Notes under the pieces: generated by a model
Databases searched by the model: none
Told to the model about the DNA's origin: nothing
What the model saw: the letters and a program-made list of their open reading frames with translations, nothing else
In this document: positions 9,560 to 15,490 of the stretch, piece after piece
Layout of the letters: every line of letters starts with the position of its first letter
Position numbering within the stretch: the first letter of the stretch is position 1
Position numbers and translations under genes: made by a program
Assembly (NCBI GenBank): GCA_965228475.1
Contig: OZ245817.1
Span: 3,904,001 to 3,968,000, forward strand
Reading direction: 5' to 3'
DNA from: Myxococcota bacterium
GTDB taxonomy: Bacteria > Myxococcota_A > UBA9160 > JAFDDA01
DNA length: 64,000 nucleotides

Positions 9560-9693
9560 GCCTCACGGATCAGGCCGCCAGCGGCGCCGAGGGGGCTGAC
9601 TCTCAGCGCTGAACCACCGCGACCGATGCCGAAATCCTACCACGCCGCATCCGATCAGGAGCCCTTGGCGTCCGCTGTAAGGCCTTGCTAGGC
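9560..9693 (-). repeat. attC site (type A, cores mutated: GCCTAGC / GTGAGGC)
   Basis: High similarity to 8628-8761. Confidence 0.9.
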
Positions 9694-10275
9694 GGCTCCG
9701 CCTGCGAGAGGCTCTCCGCATTGAGAGCACCGTTCATCTTCCAGGGTGGCGCTGGCCGCGCACGCTGGGCAAATCTGCCAGCCGGTCGGAAACGGGAGGC
9801 CGCAGTCACTGCACTCAGTTGCTCCCGTCTCGGCGCTCGTGCCACAAGCGGGGCAGTGATCGAGTTCGGTTCCAGTCTGGGCGGACTCGCCTGGAGGACT
9901 TGGCATTCGCGATTCTTCGTGCGCCTCGACCAAACGTAGAGCAGCCTCGACAGACGACTCCTCGACATAGAGCGCCAGGTTGTAACCGTGACCGGCGCTC
10001 CCTTTTACCGCACCACGAGCGTCAATCGAGGACCCCGGCGGATCGGTGTCGATCTTGCTTGAGATGCCCCTCTCCTGGAGGAATATTGCTTGCTGTTCGA
10101 GCTGCCAGGGACCTCCGTACGAGACGATCTCCAGGTTACTCAGGTACGCGAAACCGGCTGGGCTCGGCGGCGGACTCCAGGGTTCGAGCGTGACATGACA
10201 ATCCGAGCAGGTCTCGACATCAAGCCTGTACTCGATGTGGCACGAGGGGCAGAGTTTCGCGAGTACGAAGTCCAA
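9688..10275 (-). CDS. Zinc-ribbon + DUF2007-like + double zinc-ribbon protein
   Basis: Six CxxC pairs; central FLQERGISS...LYVEESSVEAALRL. Confidence 0.8.
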   Translation of the reverse strand: MDFVLAKLCPSCHIEYRLDVETCSDCHVTLEPWSPPPSPAGFAYLSNLEIVSYGGPWQLEQQAIFLQERGISSKIDTDPPGSSIDARGAVKGSAGHGYNLALYVEESSVEAALRLVEAHEESRMPSPPGESAQTGTELDHCPACGTSAETGATECSDCGLPFPTGWQICPACAASATLEDERCSQCGEPLAGGAA

Positions 10276-10281
10276 GAAGCC

Positions 10282-10415
10282 GCCTAACGGATCAGGCCTT
10301 CAGCAGCGCCGAGGGCGCTGACTCTCAACGCCGCACTACCGAGACCGACGCCAGAATCCTACCACGCAGCATTTTGGGGATGAGCCTTGGCGCCTGCTGA
10401 TAGGCCTTGCTAGGC
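10282..10415 (-). repeat. attC site (type A, GCCTAGC / GTTAGGC)
   Basis: Near-identical to 12497-12630 over ~80 bp. Confidence 0.92.
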
Positions 10416-10419
10416 GGCA

Positions 10420-10888
10420 CTAGTCAATCTTGTTGATCGGGAGGTCGACTCTCGGATCGATGGTCAGGTTGATGATGCCTTCCGCCACCTTCCGAAACCC
10501 TTCAGATGTCTTGCGTAGCTGCGAGGTTTCAAGGACTTCCCTGTCCACCCGCAAACCGCGCTTGGCCTTTGCGCTGCTCTTGGTTCTTAGCGCGCCCTCA
10601 ATATCTGCCGGTGCCCAGATCGAATGGAGCAGCTTGTTTCGCTCCATCTCAGCCTTGGTGATCGCAGTTCGAAGAGACTCGATTTCCTGGATGTACGATT
10701 CGTCGTTGGTGGATTCTTTGAGCACCGAGAGAAGAAATTTCGTTGGAATCTCTGCTGAAACGATTTCGCCGACCGTCGTATCTGCTGACAGTGCTGCTTG
10801 CAGTGGAACAGTGAGACTCAACTCAAGGACCCAACGCCTTGAGGAAATCGTCGTCGAGGTAGTGTTCAAAGAATGTCCTTCGCGCCAA
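10420..10888 (-). pseudogene. Disrupted HEPN-like cassette gene
   Basis: N-terminal piece LARRTFFEHYLDDDFLKALG stops at 10823-10825; another frame continues LELSL...ERNKLLHSIW (Rx4H motif). Confidence 0.6.
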
Positions 10889-10918
10889 CGCAGCCGCCTG
10901 GCTAGCCCACAGGCAGCA

Positions 10919-11773
10919 TCAGATACTGACCTTGTCCGACTTGGATCTATTGCAGTCGAAACATGTGAGTCGGATGTTCTGCTCCTCTGAACTGCCGCCT
11001 TTGGAGATCGGAATCTCGTGATCGAATTCGACTTCGTTGTCTCGCAGGTGCTTGCCACACCGTTGACATGTGTAGTTGTCACGCCGTACGACCCGAATCT
11101 TTGTCTTGAAGGAGATGTATCGACCTGTTCGGCGTAGTTCGGAGGTTTCGGTCATCTGCTCAGCGTTGAATACGGCAGGGCATAGGTGACCAAAGACGTT
11201 GCACGACGCGTCGATGAGCCAACCTGGAATCTCTTCCGGGTAGTCAGCAGCATCGAACTCGTCGATCTCCCGCTGAAAGTGCTCTCTCTGTTCGTCAGTG
11301 ATGGGGCGAAGGTTGCCAACGATCCCTGTCTTGAGGGCCCGCTTCATGTCTTCGTTGACAGCAACCGCAGCCTCGCGCGTCAGATCATCACCGATGTCCC
11401 GGCCAAGACGCTGCATCATTGTGATCTCGCCAGTCGGGTCAGGCTCGTAGTCCCCTGGATTGAAGTCGGCGACGCAATCCTCGAAGTCCTGCCTAGTCTG
11501 ATCATCGAGAGGTTCGCCATGTCCGGCCATGCCGCTGGCGAGACAACCCTTGATGTACTCCAAGTGATCAACTGCATCCTCGCGTGTCTGCGGAAGCAGG
11601 GGAGATTGCTCGACCAGGGGACCGTAGGGACAGTACTTCAGCTCCCAACACGGCTTGCACACACGGTTGGCTCGCTGCTCCCACCACGATGCGAAATCAG
11701 CATCGGACAGCGTGTCCGGGAGCGCGAGTGCTCTTCGAACGGCAGGATGGAGTCGCTGTTCTGCAGACGCCAC
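10919..11773 (-). CDS. HNH endonuclease with Cys-rich N-terminal domain
   Basis: RDNYTCQRC...EFDHEIPISKGG...NIRLTCFDCNRSK. Confidence 0.92.
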   Translation of the reverse strand: MASAEQRLHPAVRRALALPDTLSDADFASWWEQRANRVCKPCWELKYCPYGPLVEQSPLLPQTREDAVDHLEYIKGCLASGMAGHGEPLDDQTRQDFEDCVADFNPGDYEPDPTGEITMMQRLGRDIGDDLTREAAVAVNEDMKRALKTGIVGNLRPITDEQREHFQREIDEFDAADYPEEIPGWLIDASCNVFGHLCPAVFNAEQMTETSELRRTGRYISFKTKIRVVRRDNYTCQRCGKHLRDNEVEFDHEIPISKGGSSEEQNIRLTCFDCNRSKSDKVSI

Positions 11774-11784
11774 GATTCGATGCC

Positions 11785-11915
11785 GCCTAGCGGACTAGGG
11801 GTTTCGCTGCGGCCAACGGCCGCCGAGGTCGCAGCGCCACCCGAGTAACGACGCTAGGATTCTACCAAGTCAGTTGGAGGCTGCGTTGGTCGGCAGCTCT
11901 AACCCCGTGTCATCC
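11785..11915 (-). repeat. attC site (type B, cores mutated: GGATGAC / GCTAGGC)
   Basis: Similar to 13736-13864. Confidence 0.85.
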
Positions 11916-11926
11916 GGCATCGCTCC

Positions 11927-12493
11927 CTACCTACCGCGGCGCTTCTTTCTCGCTGTCTGCTTGCGCCCCCGTTTGTGTTGGCGCTCGTAAAACAGAGTGC
12001 CTGCTTCAAAATCTCGAATGTTGCCAGGCTGGATGTCTACTCGCTTCTTGCGTTCATTGAACTGGAGCTGTGAGCCCCCTGCTCGGATTAACAGAGTCTC
12101 GATCTCTCGCTCATGAGTCTTCTCTGCGACAATGTAGAAGGAGAAGTACTGGAGTTCCGAGGAGTGAGCCTTCTTGCGGGAAGCCAGACGCCTGAACACG
12201 TTGCCGCGGCCAACGTATCGAGCGGAACCCATCGAGTCGTGAGCTACGTAGACGCCGTTTGGTGTGATCCCTTCGCTGGCAACGTCCTTTCTGACATCAT
12301 CGAGCGCATCGAATGGCAGCTTCTCTGCGACAAGAGTGAAGAGTGGCTCGATCTTTCGTGGTCGCCCACGCCCACGGGTGAGCTGACCAGCCTTAACGGA
12401 CCAGTGCGAGTTACTCCAGACGGTGGAGTAGACGGTCTTGGTGGCCTGAGGCTTCGATCGCCGCTTCTTTCGTACTGCCATGCAACCGCTCAT
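11927..12493 (-). CDS. GIY-YIG nuclease family protein
   Basis: GVYVAHD...RYVGRG..FRRL...H...EREIETLLI...N. Confidence 0.8.
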   Translation of the reverse strand: MSGCMAVRKKRRSKPQATKTVYSTVWSNSHWSVKAGQLTRGRGRPRKIEPLFTLVAEKLPFDALDDVRKDVASEGITPNGVYVAHDSMGSARYVGRGNVFRRLASRKKAHSSELQYFSFYIVAEKTHEREIETLLIRAGGSQLQFNERKKRVDIQPGNIRDFEAGTLFYERQHKRGRKQTARKKRRGR

Positions 12494-12496
12494 GCC

Positions 12497-12630
12497 GCCT
12501 ATCGGATCAGGCCTTCAGCAGCGCCGAGGGCGCTGACTCTCAACGCCGCACTACCGAGACCGACGCCAGAATCCTACCACGCTGCCCTTGGACAGAAGCC
12601 CTCGGCGGCTGCTGATAGGCCTTGTTGGGC
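12497..12630 (-). repeat. attC site (type A, GCCCAAC / GATAGGC)
   Basis: Imperfect palindrome near-identical to 10282-10415. Confidence 0.92.
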
Positions 12631-12642
12631 AGCTGCACGGGC

Positions 12643-12912
12643 CTACTCGTCAGAATCCAGCTCCCCGGTCGCAAGAAAGGTGAGCTCGCGATCTGAGAAC
12701 TCGGACTCTTGAAGCAGCCAACGGGCTCGGTGAGCCGACTCCGCACTAACCGAGGGCCGCACCTTTGCGGGAACAGCTGCGACAGATTGGGTGACATAAA
12801 CGGATGAGGAGACTCCGCCCGAGCGGAGCATGCCCTGGACGACCTCGGCAGTACCAATCGAGTCGAACTCTAGAACGAACTCACCATCCTGGATGGAGTC
12901 GCCGTCGCTCAT
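12643..12912 (-). CDS. DUF2007-like (putative signal-transducing) small protein
   Basis: AEVVQGMLRSGGV...VSAESAHRARWLL pattern; fills the cassette exactly. Confidence 0.7.
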   Translation of the reverse strand: MSDGDSIQDGEFVLEFDSIGTAEVVQGMLRSGGVSSSVYVTQSVAAVPAKVRPSVSAESAHRARWLLQESEFSDRELTFLATGELDSDE

Positions 12913-12915
12913 GCC

Positions 12916-13022
12916 GCCTAGCGGATTCGGCGCTCAGCGGCCGCCTCGCCGCAGGCGGAGGCTTGGAGCGCCCTAGGTTGATGCCAGGATTGTACCAGGG
13001 TCGGATGGAAGCCTGGGTAGGC
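12916..13022 (-). repeat. attC site (third sequence type, one arm partly deleted)
   Basis: gcctagcggattcggcgctcagcggccgcct arm present; partner arm reduced to taggcggc. Confidence 0.7.
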
Positions 13023-13027
13023 GGCGC

Positions 13028-13728
13028 CTAGCCTGTCTTCCTGAACTTATACGTATCCCAGGGGGACATGCCGACTCTCGAGCGGACGAACTTTCGAACT
13101 TGGTTGGACGATATAACAGCCAGCCGGAAGACCAGCTCACTGGCGCGCCGATAACGTGTAAGGGTGACGCGGCTTTCCGCAACAACTCGATGCGCGATCT
13201 CTCCGCGAAGAGTGATTAGGTCTTCAAGTCGCGACTGTGCGCGCTCTGCCGACATGTTCTTCCAGCGCCAATTCGACGAGAGCCTCTGGAACCCGACCAT
13301 GTGAAGGAAAAGCTCATCAACCTGTTTGGGCGGGGAGTGTTTAGCCTCCGCACATAGCGATCGAGGACCTGGTCTCGGTACGAGACGAGAACATCACGCC
13401 AGCCATCTTCTGCCAGTGCCCAGACGCGCCGTGGGTCGCTTTCTTTCTGCAGGCCACCGGCACAGAGTGCCAGGATTTTCGGTGCGAACGCTCCTGGGGA
13501 CTCTGCGTGTTCCAGCGTGAAGTCAACAGCATTGACTGCAAGATCTTCGACGAATGCCTCCCAAGACCCGACCAAGAATACGATCGCACTCCGAATCAGA
13601 ATATTGGGCTCAACGAGCGGCGCGTGGGGATCGTCACGTAAGTGTTCGTAGGTCTCGACGAGCGTATCGAGATCTCTCATGCTCGCTCGCAGCGTGCCGA
13701 TATGGGATGGCTCTTCTTGTTCGGTCAA
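13028..13728 (-). pseudogene. HEPN-domain protein split by a -1 frameshift (pseudogene, programmed frameshift or sequencing error)
   Basis: RSAIVFLVGSWEAFVEDL in ORF1; LRGEIAH (Rx4H) in ORF2; frames join at C-CCA-AAC (13324-13330). Confidence 0.75.
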
Positions 13729-13735
13729 CGGCGCC

Positions 13736-13864
13736 GCCTAACGGATCAGGGGTTCAGCTGCGGCCAACGGCCGCCGAGGTCGCAGCAGCACCCGAGTGCA
13801 AAGCCAGAACCTACCACGCAACTGGAAGGCCGCGTTGGCCGTCAGCCGCAACCCCTTGTTAGGC
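13736..13864 (-). repeat. attC site (type B, both cores canonical)
   Basis: Minus strand GCCTAAC...GTTAGGC with long complementary arms. Confidence 0.93.
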
Positions 13865-13873
13865 GGCCCACTC

Positions 13874-14344
13874 TCAGGGGAGCCTAACCCGAACAAAGGC
13901 CGGCTTCTGCGACATTGCATGAAACACGCCGCAGTAATAGCGCCCCGTCTTGCCGTAGTTCGCGACCGCCTCGTCTTGGTTGATGCCACCGGTCCATCTG
14001 TCGCCGGGTTCGAGCCTATGGGGGAGCGGCGGGCCGAACGGAACGTTGCCGACGACGAATCTGGCGCTTGCTCGGTCGAACAACGCATGGAAGATGGACT
14101 TGTAGTGAACGCCTGCCAGGTTCGTAATCGTGGTGGCTTGGCCCCCGTGGTTCGTAACTGAGACAAAGATGAACGTGGCATCGGGGGCGCTTGGAAGGGG
14201 CGGCATCGCCTGCATGTCGGGACTGGCGTAAACCCTGATCTCGGCTCCACGTCGTCGCCACTTGTAGACGTCCCAGCCGAGCACTGCAGTGGCAACGATC
14301 GCGCCCCACCACGCAGCGACGTCTGTAAGGGAGAGAGAATCCAT
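13874..14344 (-). CDS. First-position cassette: N-terminal TM helix plus beta-rich domain, hypothetical
   Basis: VAAWWGAIVATAVLGWDVYKWRR then VSVTNHG. Confidence 0.8.
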   Translation of the reverse strand: MDSLSLTDVAAWWGAIVATAVLGWDVYKWRRRGAEIRVYASPDMQAMPPLPSAPDATFIFVSVTNHGGQATTITNLAGVHYKSIFHALFDRASARFVVGNVPFGPPLPHRLEPGDRWTGGINQDEAVANYGKTGRYYCGVFHAMSQKPAFVRVRLP

Positions 14345-14359
14345 CTGCTCGCTTGGGCC

Positions 14360-14438
14360 GCCTAGCTAGTCTATCGGTCGGCCCCCGAGTATCTCTCGGG
14401 GTCTTGATCGTTCAGTCCGGAGTCTTGGCCGTTCAGTC
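14360..14438 (-). other. attI-like site with two 21-bp direct repeats
   Basis: GCTAGGC core (14360-14366) with no attC partner arm; repeats at 14397-14417 and 14418-14438 (18/21 identical). Confidence 0.6.
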
Positions 14439-14578
14439 TAGGCTCAACCGTGTCGGAAAGGGGAAGCGCTTTTCGTTCGCGAGGCTGGGCGAGCGAAGCT
14501 ACCGGGGCAGCCGGTTGGGCTGCGCGGGGATTCTGCGGGCCAGTGTGTTCGATGATGGGGTCGGCCCTGGCGCTCACG

Positions 14579-15220
14579 CTACGCGTCCGGCAGTCGGAGG
14601 CCCGTACCGCCAAGGCCGCAGTACCCACCGGGGTTCTTGGAGAGGTACTGCTGGTGGTAGTCCTCGGCGTAGTAGAACGCGGGGGCTTCGAGGATCTCGG
14701 TGGTGATGCGGGCGCCGCGGGTCTGGCCGTCGATGACTTTCTGGAAGGCGTCGCGGGTGGCTTCGGCCTGGGTGCGTTGCGCTTCTCCGTGGACGTAGAT
14801 GCCCGAACGGTATTGGGTGCCGGTGTCGTTGCCCTGGCGCATACCTTGGGTCGGGTCGTGGGCTTCCCAGAAGATGCGGAGCATTTCGCGGTAGCTCGTG
14901 GCGCTCGGGTCGAAGACGACGCGGACCACTTCGTTGTGGCCGGTCAGGCCGGAGCAGACTTCTTCGTAGGTGGGGTTCGGGGTGTGGCCGGCGGCGTAGC
15001 CGACCGCCGTGGTGTAGACGCCTTCGGCCTGCCAGAACTTGCGCTCGGCGCCCCAGAAGCAGCCCAGGCCGAACTCGGCGACTTCCATCCCTTCCGGGAA
15101 GGGCGGCGCGAGGGCGGTGCCGAGCACGTGGTGCTTCTCGGGGACGGGCATGGCGGCGCTTCTGCCGGGGAGCGCATCCGCGGCGCTCACCATCTGGGTC
15201 TTGTCTCGGAACAGGCGCAT
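14579..15220 (-). CDS. msrA: Peptide-methionine (S)-S-oxide reductase
   Basis: [25 protein letters not shown] motifs. Confidence 0.97.
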   Translation of the reverse strand: MRLFRDKTQMVSAADALPGRSAAMPVPEKHHVLGTALAPPFPEGMEVAEFGLGCFWGAERKFWQAEGVYTTAVGYAAGHTPNPTYEEVCSGLTGHNEVVRVVFDPSATSYREMLRIFWEAHDPTQGMRQGNDTGTQYRSGIYVHGEAQRTQAEATRDAFQKVIDGQTRGARITTEILEAPAFYYAEDYHQQYLSKNPGGYCGLGGTGLRLPDA

Positions 15221-15224
15221 CGCC

Positions 15225-15488
15225 CTACCCTCCCGCCGCGGCCTTCACGAAGGTGACGCGGTCGCCGTCCGCCACGGGTGTGCTCATGCCGCGTTTGTGG
15301 TTCACGAGCACGCCGTTCACGGCGACGGCCGCCCGCCGCGAGAGCTCGTCGAACTCGACGCCCTTCTCGCTCAACCGCGCCTCGGTGAGCTTCACGATGT
15401 CCGAGACGCTCACGGCGTGCGGCACCTCGAAGCGCCGCTCGCCGGCGGCCTTGCCCATCTCGTAAGTCAGTTCGACGGTGATCGGCAT
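15225..15488 (-). CDS. MoaD/ThiS family sulfur carrier protein
   Basis: 87 aa, VAVNG, GDRVTF and C-terminal GG. Confidence 0.9.
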   Translation of the reverse strand: MPITVELTYEMGKAAGERRFEVPHAVSVSDIVKLTEARLSEKGVEFDELSRRAAVAVNGVLVNHKRGMSTPVADGDRVTFVKAAAGG

Positions 15489-15490
15489 GG

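Larger units (their letters stand above)
6531..14440 (-). mobile_element. Integron gene-cassette array without adjacent integrase (CALIN-like; may extend, eroded, to ~position 700)
   Basis: Co-oriented single ORFs separated by ~130-bp imperfect inverted repeats bounded by RYYYAAC...GTTRRRY-type cores; A/T-richer than flanks; no tyrosine recombinase ORF found. Confidence 0.92.

Noticed and set aside
10420..11082. 220-aa ORF as one intact gene
   Set aside because: Its first ~55 codons overlap the HNH gene out of frame; better explained as a broken gene starting at 10888.
8628..13864. Repeats as a CRISPR array or REP/MITE elements
   Set aside because: Units are ~130 bp, separated by whole ORFs and bounded by attC cores; no cas genes or constant-length spacers.
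14439..14578. Integrase gene or remnant next to attI
   Set aside because: Too short, and no recognisable tyrosine recombinase motif in any frame.
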